Shown in pieces: positions 29,037 to 38,215 of a stretch of DNA of 64,000 bases (its first letter is position 1; each line of letters begins with the position of its first letter). The stretch covers positions 64,001-128,000 of the IMG/VR virus record IMGVR_UViG_3300042402_001861; one strand, written 5' to 3'. Both the position numbers and the translations under genes were made by a program. This stretch comes from a virus. The notes under the pieces are model-generated. The model was not told where the DNA came from, ran no database searches, and saw only the letters and a program-made list of their open reading frames with translations.

Positions 29037-30050
29037 TCAATAGATGACCGAGCCGCAAGAGATCATGGCCAAGTCGCTGTTGTACATGACCTGTGCCAAC
29101 TTTCTCATGTCATATTCAGGAACCCATCCAAGTTCTTTTCGAGCCTTGGATGAATCCCCAAGTAGATATGGAACTTCGTTGGGACGCATCAGGCGAGGAT
29201 CGACGACCACATAGTCATGCCAATCCCCAAGCCCTGCATGGGTGAATACTTCATGCAAGAAGTCCTCAACTCGGTATGTCTCGCCCGTGGCAACCACATA
29301 GTCGCTTGGATTGTCCTGCTGCAACATCAGCCACATGGCCTTCACATAGTCCATGGCATGACCCCAATCTCGCTTGGCATCAAGATTTCCTAGACGCAAC
29401 TTGTCCTGCATTCCCTTGGCGATCCTTGCAGCAGCCATCGTGATCTTTCGGGTCACGAATGTCTCGCCTCGCCGTGGGCTTTCGTGGTTGAACAGGATGC
29501 CGCAGGAAGCGTGGATTCCATAAGCCTCGCGATAGACACGGACCATGTTGTGTGCATACAACTTGGCAACCGCATAGGGAGACACGGGCATCATCCTGCT
29601 GTTTTCGTTGTAACCCTTTGGTCCGAAATCCGTGCTGTCTCCGTACATTTCCGAAGACGATGCCTGATACATCTTTGTCATCGGGGAGATGGAACGAATT
29701 GCATTGAGGATGTTCTGTGTGCCTTGGCAGATTCCGTTGGTTGTGTAGTCGGGAATCTCAAAGGAAACCGCAACATGGGACTGCGCCGCAAGATTGTAGA
29801 TTTCGTCAACTTCCTCGGTCATGAGCAGATGGTTCATGAACGATGCGTCCTGAAGGTCATAGTACTTCAGGACGAAGTTTGGATGTGCAATGAGATGGTC
29901 AATGCGACCCGTGCTGATGGTCGAAGTCCTGCGCTTCAATCCAATGACACGATAGCCCTTGGAGAGGAGCAGTTCGCCAAGATAGGAACCGTCCTGTCCG
30001 TTGACCCCCGTTATTACGGCAGTCTTCTGTAGATTAGAATCTTCCTGCAT
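29037..30050 (-). CDS. gmd: GDP-mannose 4,6-dehydratase
   Basis: ITGVNGQDGSYL, NLAAQSHV, QASSSEMYG, PVSPYAVAK, FNHESPRRG, RDWGHA. Confidence 0.97.
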   Translation of the reverse strand: MQEDSNLQKTAVITGVNGQDGSYLGELLLSKGYRVIGLKRRTSTISTGRIDHLIAHPNFVLKYYDLQDASFMNHLLMTEEVDEIYNLAAQSHVAVSFEIPDYTTNGICQGTQNILNAIRSISPMTKMYQASSSEMYGDSTDFGPKGYNENSRMMPVSPYAVAKLYAHNMVRVYREAYGIHASCGILFNHESPRRGETFVTRKITMAAARIAKGMQDKLRLGNLDAKRDWGHAMDYVKAMWLMLQQDNPSDYVVATGETYRVEDFLHEVFTHAGLGDWHDYVVVDPRLMRPNEVPYLLGDSSKARKELGWVPEYDMRKLAQVMYNSDLAMISCGSVIY

Positions 30051-30065
30051 GATGTACCTTTCATT

Positions 30066-30596
30066 TCAATAACCCAATGTCTTGAGTTTCTTCAAAGTAT
30101 CTTCGGTGCTGGTGTGAAGAATCCCGATTCCACCGGCAGCCTCCCACTCACGGATGTTCTGTGCAAAGTCATCAATCAGGATGTTTGGAATCCCGTTGGT
30201 CTTTGCGTAGTCTTTCTTCTGTGCCCGAAGCACAAGGTGAATCTTGCTCGGCTTGGGACTCATGTTGGCGTTGATCCAAGTCATCTTGTCTTCCTTGGAT
30301 GTCGGTTGCCAAGTCCTCGTATGTGCCGACAGAATGTGTGCGCCGTGCTTTGAGATGTATGCCCACAGACGCTTGCCATCGGACTTCCAAGGCAAATGTG
30401 CGAAAAGCCTTGGATGTTCCTTGTCGAAGATGGCCTTGTGGGTTTCAAGCCATTTCTCAAAATCAGCATTGTTCTTGAAGCAGGGGATTCCCTTGAGTTT
30501 GCACATTCCCCCGATGATGTCAACCAACACACCGTCCATGTCGCAATGGATAATGCCCTGCGGCTTCTCGTTGATGTGTTGGTGAAAGTCTCTCAT
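30066..30596 (-). CDS. HAD-family 5'(3')-deoxyribonucleotidase-like phosphatase
   Basis: CDMDGVLVD, ILIDD, WEAAGGIGILH; N-term MRDFHQHINE. Confidence 0.85.
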   Translation of the reverse strand: MRDFHQHINEKPQGIIHCDMDGVLVDIIGGMCKLKGIPCFKNNADFEKWLETHKAIFDKEHPRLFAHLPWKSDGKRLWAYISKHGAHILSAHTRTWQPTSKEDKMTWINANMSPKPSKIHLVLRAQKKDYAKTNGIPNILIDDFAQNIREWEAAGGIGILHTSTEDTLKKLKTLGY

Positions 30597-30600
30597 CCTC

Positions 30601-30900
30601 TTATGTAGTCGGTGGCTCATTGGGCTTGGAACGCTCGTCCTTGATGAATTCCACGCCATCGACCTTGGTGAAGGTGAGGGCATAATCCACGGCTCTCTTC
30701 CAGAGTTCGTGGTCTACTTCCTTCACATACTCGCTGAACTTGAACGAAAATTCTATGAGAGCCTTGCGGACAAGGATGTCGTCTTCGTCTTCCTCGTCTT
30801 CAGGAAATTCTTCAACATCATCTTCATCTTCTTCGTCATCTCCATAAGAGGCGGCTTCTTCCTGCGGGTCGTATTCTTCTTCGTTGTCTTCAAAGTCCAT
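30601..30900 (-). CDS. Acidic hypothetical protein
   Basis: D/E-rich N-terminus. Confidence 0.6.
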   Translation of the reverse strand: MDFEDNEEEYDPQEEAASYGDDEEDEDDVEEFPEDEEDEDDILVRKALIEFSFKFSEYVKEVDHELWKRAVDYALTFTKVDGVEFIKDERSKPNEPPTT

Positions 30901-30907
30901 CGTTGAA

Positions 30908-30978
30908 TTCTCCCGCTAGGATTCGAACCTAGACAAGCAGGACCAAAACCTGCTGTGCTACCGTTACACTACAGGAGA
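30908..30978 (-). tRNA. tRNA-Gln(UUG)
   Basis: Full cloverleaf, anticodon arm GCAGG-TTTTGGT-CCTGC; no encoded CCA. Confidence 0.93.
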
Positions 30979-31047
30979 GCATTTATGCTGCCCTGCGTTG
31001 GTGATGGTTGTTCATGTGACTCATTGCGACTCAAGAATATTTAGGAA

Positions 31048-31120
31048 TGCTCTCGGCGGGACTTGAACCCACAACCAATTGATTAAAAGTCAACTGCGCT
31101 ACCGATTGCGCTACGAGAGC
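31048..31120 (-). tRNA. tRNA-Lys(UUU)
   Basis: GCTCTCG/CGAGAGC acceptor, CT-TTT-AA loop. Confidence 0.95.
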
Positions 31121-31124
31121 GTAG

Positions 31125-31197
31125 CGTCCCTGACTGGATTCGAACCAGTAGCCTACTGCTTAGAAGGCAGTTGCACTATCCATTATGCTACAGGGAC
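31125..31197 (-). tRNA. tRNA-Arg(UCU)
   Basis: GTCCCTG/CAGGGAC acceptor, CT-TCT-AA loop. Confidence 0.95.
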
Positions 31198-31210
31198 ATT
31201 TCTCTCCCCG

Positions 31211-31489
31211 TCATTTGCTTTCAACAATCTCACGCACCGTTTCAAACTTGATGATCGAATCGATGCGGAACGAACGCCAAGCGGACTTGTCCGTGTCCCA
31301 TGCCACGATATGGTCGTTGCTTTCTGTGAGCCCACGATTCTTCTTCGTGGACGAAGAGGGTTCCTTCGGTGGCGGAAGGATTGATTCATGAAGCGTACAA
31401 GTCATGTCACGCTCCGTGCCGTCAACCTTCTTGAACTTGACTGAGCAGATTCCGATCTTCAGATTGTCGATGATTTCTTGCTTGTTCAT
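31211..31489 (-). CDS. SH3/WYL-like protein, DUF2693-like
   Basis: VKFKKVDGTERDMTCTL...WDTDKSAWRSFRIDSI. Confidence 0.75.
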   Translation of the reverse strand: MNKQEIIDNLKIGICSVKFKKVDGTERDMTCTLHESILPPPKEPSSSTKKNRGLTESNDHIVAWDTDKSAWRSFRIDSIIKFETVREIVESK

Positions 31490-31493
31490 GGTG

Positions 31494-31607
31494 TTACTTC
31501 TTTGGCTGCTTTGGCTTCTTCGGTGCCGCTGCCTTCTTTGGTGCCTTCGTCTTCTTCGGTGCTACTGCCTTCTTTGGCCCTACGGGTTTCTTTGGCTTAA
31601 TTGCCAT
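31494..31607 (-). CDS. 37-aa Lys/Pro/Ala-rich histone-H1-like peptide
   Basis: MAIKPKKPVGPKKAVAPKKTKAPKKAAAPKKPKQPKK; SD upstream. Confidence 0.7.
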   Translation of the reverse strand: MAIKPKKPVGPKKAVAPKKTKAPKKAAAPKKPKQPKK

Positions 31608-32019
31608 CTCCAAACAACCTCCACTTTCGGCTGAAAGTCTTCCACTTCGTGATGTCATCATCCTGCGACTTGATCTCGTCCTTGGGATGATACACACCGT
31701 TGTCCCACTCGGGTGCTTCCTGCTGTTCGTCCTCGTATTGCTTGAGTTCTTCCTCAAATTCATCAAGGACTTCGTGGATCATCTTGGCCTTGAACTGCAA
31801 AATCACGCAGTCTCGCTCATCGGCGTTCTTGGCCTGAAGCAATTCTGCAATGATGTCGATTGGCACCGCCACATTCTTGGCCTTGCATAGAGTGCCGAAC
31901 ATATCGATGATGCACAGATAAGCGGAGATGCGCTCGTTCTGACGGTCGATCAGAACCCGCTGCTTGTCCACGATGCTCTTCAGCAGGGTGTTGGAATTGT
32001 CTTCGGGGGTGGTTTCCAT
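31597..32019 (-). CDS. Hypothetical protein
   Basis: TTGACA-17-TATACT promoter 7 nt before ATG. Confidence 0.65.
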   Translation of the reverse strand: METTPEDNSNTLLKSIVDKQRVLIDRQNERISAYLCIIDMFGTLCKAKNVAVPIDIIAELLQAKNADERDCVILQFKAKMIHEVLDEFEEELKQYEDEQQEAPEWDNGVYHPKDEIKSQDDDITKWKTFSRKWRLFGDGN

Positions 32020-32069
32020 TGACGAAAGTATAGGTGACGCTTGATTACCTGTCAAGGATAAATACGGGC

Positions 32070-32768
32070 ATGAAGAGCCTGTTGGAACATCTTTTGCAGG
32101 AGGATGACTGCGCCAAGATTTTTGGAAATGTGCTTTTTGGAAATCCTCCCGGCGAAGAGCGAGACAGCACCAAGGAAAGAGACATTAGAAAGGCAGTCAT
32201 GTCCTTCTTCGGTGATAACTTGACCTACAAGCAGAAGCCCGAAACGGTGGTCAGAGCATTCCGTGAATTATTGAAATGCAAGGGCAAGTTCCCCGACGAA
32301 CTTCAACCCAATGTCAGCCTGCTGTATCGGGGCATCCGCCTGAAAGAAAGTGAAATTGTGAAAATCAAGGATTGGAAGTTTGCCGACGATACAAAGCAGG
32401 AATTGGTCGGCACCGGGACATACAAGTCCAAGTATCCGATTCAGTCATGGTCGGCAAGCAAGATCCGTGCAGAGTTCTTCTCAATCGACTTCCCCGAATG
32501 GCGAAGACAGAAGATGCTGCCTGCAATCGTCATGGCGGTTCCTGACAAGTCCGAAATGCTCTTCAACACCAAGTTCGTCATGGAACTGAAGAAGAGCGCA
32601 AGAGGAACGCAGAAGTACTACATGGAGCAGGAGATCGTCCGTGTCAGCGAGAAGAAGATCAACTGCAAGTTCTTCCTACCCACCCAATATGTCAGGATGG
32701 TCGATGGCCTGTCACGAAAGACAATCGATCACCTCGTCAGCACGGCAGGTTTCCGCCCGACAGCCTAA
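32070..32768 (+). CDS. ADP-ribosyltransferase-like protein
   Basis: LYRG, QSWS, EQE in R-S-E order; TAAATA 32059-32064. Confidence 0.65.
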   Translation: MKSLLEHLLQEDDCAKIFGNVLFGNPPGEERDSTKERDIRKAVMSFFGDNLTYKQKPETVVRAFRELLKCKGKFPDELQPNVSLLYRGIRLKESEIVKIKDWKFADDTKQELVGTGTYKSKYPIQSWSASKIRAEFFSIDFPEWRRQKMLPAIVMAVPDKSEMLFNTKFVMELKKSARGTQKYYMEQEIVRVSEKKINCKFFLPTQYVRMVDGLSRKTIDHLVSTAGFRPTA

Positions 32769-33004
32769 AGAATGTTCTTGGCCTTGAGCCGCTGCACGAT
32801 CTGATCGAACTCTGTATTCTTGCCGTCGATCAGCAACTGAGCCGCATCGGCAAGGGCAAGAAGTTCCCTCAAGGATTCCACGGTCTGGTTCACGAAGGGG
32901 TATGTCACCTCCATGAATATCTTGTTCCTCTCCGATTTCTTCTGCATCGCTGCGGCACTCTCAAGGCGATCAGCAAGTTCTCGGGCGGTGTGGTGGTGTC
33001 TCAT
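32765..33004 (-). CDS. Hypothetical protein
   Basis: SD aaggagg; TAAATA 33044-33049. Confidence 0.65.
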   Translation of the reverse strand: MRHHHTARELADRLESAAAMQKKSERNKIFMEVTYPFVNQTVESLRELLALADAAQLLIDGKNTEFDQIVQRLKAKNIL

Positions 33005-33055
33005 GGAACCTCCTTGGGTAAGACATGGCAAAGAGAACAAATGTATTTAACACGA

Positions 33056-33127
33056 AGCCATCTGCGGGAATCGAACCCGCGATCTGCTCATTACAAGTGA
33101 GCCGCATTACCACTCTGCTAAGATGGC
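33056..33127 (-). tRNA. tRNA-Thr(UGU)
   Basis: GCCATCT/AGATGGC acceptor, CT-TGT-AA loop. Confidence 0.95.
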
Positions 33128-33132
33128 GTGAA

Positions 33133-33214
33133 TGGGAGCGGAAGGATTCGAACCTTCGTAGCCAATGGCAGCAGATTTACAGTCTGCCCTCGTTGTCCGC
33201 TTGAGTACACTCCC
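33133..33214 (-). tRNA. tRNA-Tyr(GUA)
   Basis: GGGAGTG/CGCTCCC acceptor, CT-GTA-AA loop, long variable arm. Confidence 0.95.
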
Positions 33215-33219
33215 TGAAT

Positions 33220-33462
33220 TCAGAATGTCCGCAGGGCGATGATGAGACTCATCGTCATGAAGAATGCCGTCAGGATCGTCGTTGTGACGAGGGGATGATC
33301 GAATGCAAAGTACTGCGCTTGCGTCAATGTCTTCACCGTGTCAAACTTCTTTTTCATCTTTGTAACTCCTTTGGTGTCATGGTTCGCCAAGTGGTCAAGG
33401 GCATGGGAGTGCCTTCGATTCACTTCTTCTATTGATCTCAGCAACTTTTCCTTCGGTCGCAT
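33220..33462 (-). CDS. Small hypothetical membrane protein (alternative start 33357)
   Basis: C-terminal hydrophobic helix; internal SD before MKKKF. Confidence 0.45.
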   Translation of the reverse strand: MRPKEKLLRSIEEVNRRHSHALDHLANHDTKGVTKMKKKFDTVKTLTQAQYFAFDHPLVTTTILTAFFMTMSLIIALRTF

Positions 33463-33471
33463 ATGTCGTTC

Positions 33472-33915
33472 CTATTCGCCGTCCGTCTTGCGAAATTGAC
33501 TGTTGTTTGCGTTTGCCTCTTCCAACTCAGCGAGTTTTTCCGATGCCCACTTGCGAACGGCTATCTCCCGATCAGTCGGGGGAACCTTGGTAGTCCCGTA
33601 CACAACCATCTTTTCGTGGACTTTGCGAATCTCATCGGCTACCAACTCGGCAAGGATCGGCTCACGGATTCGATATTGGTCTTCCATGAATTCGTCCGTG
33701 ATACGCATCCATGTATCGGTGGATCGATTCACCATGTCATACTTCACGAAGTACATGAACGGTGCGGTTTCGATCTTGATGAGTCGCCGCTCCAACTCAC
33801 CGATGGTGTGATATGCCTCGGAAAGAGTCTCAATGACTTCAGGAGCAAACAGATCGCTGCGCTTGGTCAACTCGCGAATCTTGTACGCGACCTCTTCGAC
33901 TTCTTTTCTGTTCAT
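33472..33915 (-). CDS. Hypothetical protein
   Basis: ATGA coupling to the methyltransferase. Confidence 0.6.
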   Translation of the reverse strand: MNRKEVEEVAYKIRELTKRSDLFAPEVIETLSEAYHTIGELERRLIKIETAPFMYFVKYDMVNRSTDTWMRITDEFMEDQYRIREPILAELVADEIRKVHEKMVVYGTTKVPPTDREIAVRKWASEKLAELEEANANNSQFRKTDGE

Positions 33916-34703
33916 GGCGTATCCTTGTTTTCTTCAGCAAACAAAAGATCAAGTCCGTTCTTTGTAGTGCGCTGTCGTGCAATTCTACACGCTTCGGGAT
34001 TCTTGTCAACCAATACAAATTTTCGATTCATCTGCATCGCCGCCTCTCCCGTTGTTCCTGATCCACAGAAGAAGTCAAGGACAAGATCGCCCTCGTCGGT
34101 GTAGGATTTCAACAATCGCTTGAGCAATTCCAAGGGTTTCTGCGTTGGATAACCGTTTCGTTCCTTGGCGGTCGTTGACAGAATTCCTATCTGCCACCAA
34201 TCATTCATGATGCGTCCATCGGGATGGAATCCATCTCGGTCGCCGTAGTCACGGGGATAGGGTTCACGCTGAACATTGAACTTGCACTTATCCGCATCCT
34301 TGGAGAACACGAACAGGTTGTCATGCTTGCGTGAGAAGTGTCGCTTGGACGCACCTCCCGAAGAGTAGCACCAAATGATCTCGTTTCTGAAGTTGTCCTC
34401 CCCAAACACTTCCTCCAATGCAACACGGACATGATGCGCCCCGTGCCAATCGACATGGACGCAGATGTTGCCGTGATCCTTCAGCACCCGCTTGGATTCG
34501 ATGAACAGGGGCTTGAGCATCGATATGTACTCGCCCACATTCTCCCAATTGTCGTTGAACTGCCCGAAGTCCCGTTGGCAGTAGTAGGGTGGATCGATAT
34601 AGATGAAGTCATACTTCCCATCGGGTTCACCGATGAGAAAGTCGATTGCATCGGATTGGACAATCATCAGTCCATCCACTTCCCATGCTTGAACAGGTGC
34701 CAC
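33912..34703 (-). CDS. Orphan DNA N6-adenine/N4-cytosine methyltransferase, beta class
   Basis: IYIDPPY before DFFCGSGTT, YPTQKP, RNEIIW. Confidence 0.93.
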   Translation of the reverse strand: MAPVQAWEVDGLMIVQSDAIDFLIGEPDGKYDFIYIDPPYYCQRDFGQFNDNWENVGEYISMLKPLFIESKRVLKDHGNICVHVDWHGAHHVRVALEEVFGEDNFRNEIIWCYSSGGASKRHFSRKHDNLFVFSKDADKCKFNVQREPYPRDYGDRDGFHPDGRIMNDWWQIGILSTTAKERNGYPTQKPLELLKRLLKSYTDEGDLVLDFFCGSGTTGEAAMQMNRKFVLVDKNPEACRIARQRTTKNGLDLLFAEENKDTP

Positions 34704-34834
34704 AGTCTATGGGACAGGATCGACCAACCAAGGCCAATCCAAGTCTTTGACTGATACACGCCTGCGGGACAGAGCATCGTGTATCTGCAAAGTTCCATGT
34801 CACTCATGTCTTTGATGCTTTTCTTCTTGCTCAC
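34667..34834 (-). CDS. Small hypothetical protein
   Basis: GTGA coupling; start inferred. Confidence 0.45.
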   Translation of the reverse strand: MSKKKSIKDMSDMELCRYTMLCPAGVYQSKTWIGLGWSILSHRLWHLFKHGKWMD

Positions 34835-35187
34835 TTGCCGTCCTCCTGTTTGAAGCAGTCCCAGCCACGCCGATTCGCAACTTGATTTGCCGTGCATGGC
34901 GGTGATGGTGAAGGACGATATGCTTCATCCCTGCATACCTCCCGCCGTGCCTCATCACGCTCATTGCGAAGTTTTTCAATCTCAATGCGGCAGTCGGTCA
35001 CGGTAGACCGCAGCAACTCAATCTCGCCCAATGCCTCGTTCCGTTCCTTCATCAGACGCAGAGCATCATCTTCCCATCGCTCTGCCTGTTCGGTCAGGTA
35101 TGCGATCTTCTTGTGGAGTTGTTCGGTTTGTGCCATCAACTCTTGATTTCTCATGAGAATGTCCTCGTACTCCATGCCCGTGTTCAT
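34831..35187 (-). CDS. Coiled-coil protein with ERDEARR...GWDCF module
   Basis: Module shared with 35429-35953. Confidence 0.65.
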   Translation of the reverse strand: MNTGMEYEDILMRNQELMAQTEQLHKKIAYLTEQAERWEDDALRLMKERNEALGEIELLRSTVTDCRIEIEKLRNERDEARREVCRDEAYRPSPSPPCTANQVANRRGWDCFKQEDGK

Positions 35188-35432
35188 GGTGCTTCCTCTC
35201 TTGACAAATCATCCCCGCCCGTACTCATTCTTTCGTTTATTTGTTTCATTGCTGCATTTACAAGAGTATCTTCAGTATAGCCCGAAGATCGAAGACAAAC
35301 CATAAACCGTCTAATTGCATTTGAGAAAGTTGGATCGTTTTCCTCCGCAATTGTCAATGCTGTCAGCATATCCAACGCATACATTGGACTCATGCTGAAC
35401 TGAATTCGTGGAATTTCCTCGTTGTCGTTCAC
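35184..35432 (-). CDS. Hypothetical protein
   Basis: GTGA coupling at start; start inferred. Confidence 0.5.
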   Translation of the reverse strand: MNDNEEIPRIQFSMSPMYALDMLTALTIAEENDPTFSNAIRRFMVCLRSSGYTEDTLVNAAMKQINERMSTGGDDLSREEAP

Positions 35433-35953
35433 TTGGTTTCCTCCTTTGTGCCAAAGCAATCCCAACCAAGTTCCGCTGCATAGTCTTCCTTGGTCATCTT
35501 ACTTGCCGGTGGTTGATGCTGTGCATACATCTCGCAAAGTGTTCTCCTCGCCTCGTCCCTCTCTCTTTGCAACTCATCGGCATTTGGAACTGGAACGATG
35601 CTTGAGCCGTATCCATCGGGCAGGAATACCATCCTGTTTTTGTACATCTCTGCATCGGTGTAGATTGAATTGTGGATGTCAAGGTATCCACAGTCCATGC
35701 CGATTGAGTATGCATCGGGACCAAACCCGAACACGGTGTAAAGCACATAGCGATACGAACCGCGATCCTCCATGTCTCCCTTGTGAATTCGCTTGCAGAC
35801 GCTGTAGAAAGCCTTCAGGCGATCATCGTAGGAGAGGCCGTTCCAGAATGCATCGGCGGATGCGGAGAATGCCTGCTTGGACTCTTCAAGCCGGTCGGCC
35901 AAGGTCTTGCCCTCGCTGTCGGGACGGTTGATGATGTCGATGATGTCTTTCAT
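35429..35953 (-). CDS. Hypothetical protein with ERDEARR...GWDCF module
   Basis: ATGA coupling; shared C-terminal module. Confidence 0.65.
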   Translation of the reverse strand: MKDIIDIINRPDSEGKTLADRLEESKQAFSASADAFWNGLSYDDRLKAFYSVCKRIHKGDMEDRGSYRYVLYTVFGFGPDAYSIGMDCGYLDIHNSIYTDAEMYKNRMVFLPDGYGSSIVPVPNADELQRERDEARRTLCEMYAQHQPPASKMTKEDYAAELGWDCFGTKEETK

Positions 35954-36234
35954 GGTTCCCATCGTGTATTGTCCTGCATGTCGAAGATTCGGTCACGCAG
36001 GGATTCGATCTCTGCCTGCATGGAAAGAAAAGACTCCTTGAGGAAGTTGAAGTTCTTGCGCTCTGATGCCGAATATGCCTCCCTGTCGGCAAGAAGGCGG
36101 TCGATCACTTCGACGGGATTGACCTTCTTCTTCGGTTCCGGCTTGGGCTTGGGAGCATCCCATTCGATGTGGATGCCACGCTTGAGGCCGTTTGCGGTGC
36201 GAGAATTCCGTGGACGGTTGGGTGCGGTTGCCAT
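35950..36234 (-). CDS. Hypothetical protein, first gene of an early operon
   Basis: TTGACT-17-TATGAT promoter 6 nt before ATG. Confidence 0.7.
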   Translation of the reverse strand: MATAPNRPRNSRTANGLKRGIHIEWDAPKPKPEPKKKVNPVEVIDRLLADREAYSASERKNFNFLKESFLSMQAEIESLRDRIFDMQDNTRWEP

Positions 36235-36429
36235 GGTGAAATCATATCACCCATGGCCGAATCAGTCAAGCAAAACTTACCCGCACTCCAATTCGTAAAT
36301 TGCACGAATCTCCTGCTGCCGAATTGTCCTCTGATTTTCAAATTCCTGCCACTTCAGGAGTTTGGCGACGATCTGTTCGTCGGTTGCCAAAGTCAAAGAT
36401 TGAATCTCGGGCTGTTGCTCTTGCATATG

Positions 36430-36822
36430 TCAGGTATTGTACTGCAAAAGCCAGACAAGGCAAGCGATGTCGATGGTAGAAAGTTGGCTTCCCGTCCAGT
36501 TGGCTTCCATCTTTGAAACCGAAGACCCCTTGTATATCGCTCTTCGCGAGATGTTGTAGAGCGCCGTGCTTGTGCCTGCTCCCTTGTAGACGAGATTGCC
36601 CTTGATGGTGTAGAGGCAGTTGCTTGTGCCCGAGCCCGAGAAGACCTGGTTTCCGCGAAGGTTCATCAATGCCTTGGATGTGGACGATCCAAGGAAGACG
36701 ATGTTGCCACGAATCTTCAGCAATGCGTTTCCCGTGGATGACTGGTCATAGAAGATGTCACCGTACTTCTTGACGAAGGCGGTGCTTGTGCCGAGTCCCT
36801 TGTATACCTGTGTCAGTCCCAT
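36430..36822 (-). CDS. 18-aa beta-repeat protein, beta-flower-like
   Basis: Six repeats of (V/I)(Y/F)xGxxTSxAL...GN. Confidence 0.7.
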   Translation of the reverse strand: MGLTQVYKGLGTSTAFVKKYGDIFYDQSSTGNALLKIRGNIVFLGSSTSKALMNLRGNQVFSGSGTSNCLYTIKGNLVYKGAGTSTALYNISRRAIYKGSSVSKMEANWTGSQLSTIDIACLVWLLQYNT

Positions 36823-36829
36823 TTCGTCC

Positions 36830-38215
36830 TCATTCCTCGTTGACGGGCTTTCGCGGATCAAATGGCTTCTTGCCCATCATCAGGCCGCTGTATATGTTGT
36901 TGTAGACATTCTGCATCTTGGTGCCATCGGTTCGCTTCATGTTGGCGATTGCCTTGTTGAATTCCTGAACGGTAGGAACCTTGCCCTGCGCCATTCGGGA
37001 ATTGTACTCGCTGATGATGTTTCTGACATCCTGCAAGAGCGAAACGGTTCGCGACAGGAACTTCTCCCTGCGCTTGGGTTCCTCAAGGAAGAACTTTGCC
37101 GTGCTGTATGCCTGCCACGAAACGAATATGAGGCAGAAGTTGCCCACCGCACCCATGTTGTACTTGTCGAGCCCGAACTTGGTCGCATGTTCCCTTGCCC
37201 AAGGCTCCGCGATTGCATCGGACATCTTCCGATACAGTTCCGCGACCACCACCTCGGCAACCTCCTTGCACCTTGCGGTGGGAGTCATGGTGTTGAAGTT
37301 TGAATTTGCGGCCAATGCCTTTGCGGCAGAGCGTTCATTGGTGGCAGCGATCAGGAACGACTGCACGGCATTCTCAACGATCTCAGCCGCACTCTGAAAG
37401 TATGCATTCCACTCCGCATCGCTTGTGTAGTAGTCCTTCTTGAAGACATCCTTGCTGTCATATGACGCATCGATTCCACGCTTGATGTTGCCGGGATGGC
37501 TTGACTTGGACTTGTACCGAAAGTCATCGAACAGGTGGATGAATTCGTGGATGTAGATGTCAGCCGTGTTGGACAATTCGGCCTCGAATTGGTCAAGCCA
37601 CTTGTTCAGGGGCCGTGCAAGTGCCTGAGCCGACTTTCCCTCAATCTTGCCACGAAGAGTCTGTATGATGGCATGGTGGAAGGGCTTGTCGGGCTTGAAC
37701 TGCAATGTCTCCATGTGGTGAATCTGAACCTCGGGATTGTTTCGTCCCATCTTTCCCGAATGGTAGGTTCCCTTGGCATTGCCGCTGCTGAACATGGACC
37801 GACCCGTGGTGCTTCGAAGCGTTGTCTGCAACAGGACGATGTTTCCCTTGTCAACCAACTGACGATACTGCTTCATCGTGATGTAGGAAGGCAGCACCAT
37901 CTGCGACTCGTCCCTGATGCACATGGCGATCACCACATCCCATCCGTTCTTTGTGGCAAGGACAAAGTGCGAGGAAGGCTGGTTCAGCGTGAAGGCATGG
38001 ATCAGGTTGTTGGCAATGGTATGGTCGCTGTCCATGGTGTAGTGGAAGACTCTGTTCTCTGCCATGTCCTTGACGAAGGCGGCGACCTGCCTGCGGAGTA
38101 TGACCATCAGGTTCTTCTTGAATCTTTCAAATGACTTCCTTGCCGCATCCCGTGTCGGGCGGTCAAGTTCACGCTCAAGCAGCAGGGCTTCCATCATCTC
38201 TTCGAAAGTCTTCAT
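36830..38215 (-). CDS. HEXXH zinc-peptidase-like protein with internal-protein-type leader
   Basis: YIHEFIHLFD, downstream EWNAYF; N-term MKTFEEMMEALLLE; ATGA coupling. Confidence 0.7.
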   Translation of the reverse strand: MKTFEEMMEALLLERELDRPTRDAARKSFERFKKNLMVILRRQVAAFVKDMAENRVFHYTMDSDHTIANNLIHAFTLNQPSSHFVLATKNGWDVVIAMCIRDESQMVLPSYITMKQYRQLVDKGNIVLLQTTLRSTTGRSMFSSGNAKGTYHSGKMGRNNPEVQIHHMETLQFKPDKPFHHAIIQTLRGKIEGKSAQALARPLNKWLDQFEAELSNTADIYIHEFIHLFDDFRYKSKSSHPGNIKRGIDASYDSKDVFKKDYYTSDAEWNAYFQSAAEIVENAVQSFLIAATNERSAAKALAANSNFNTMTPTARCKEVAEVVVAELYRKMSDAIAEPWAREHATKFGLDKYNMGAVGNFCLIFVSWQAYSTAKFFLEEPKRREKFLSRTVSLLQDVRNIISEYNSRMAQGKVPTVQEFNKAIANMKRTDGTKMQNVYNNIYSGLMMGKKPFDPRKPVNEE

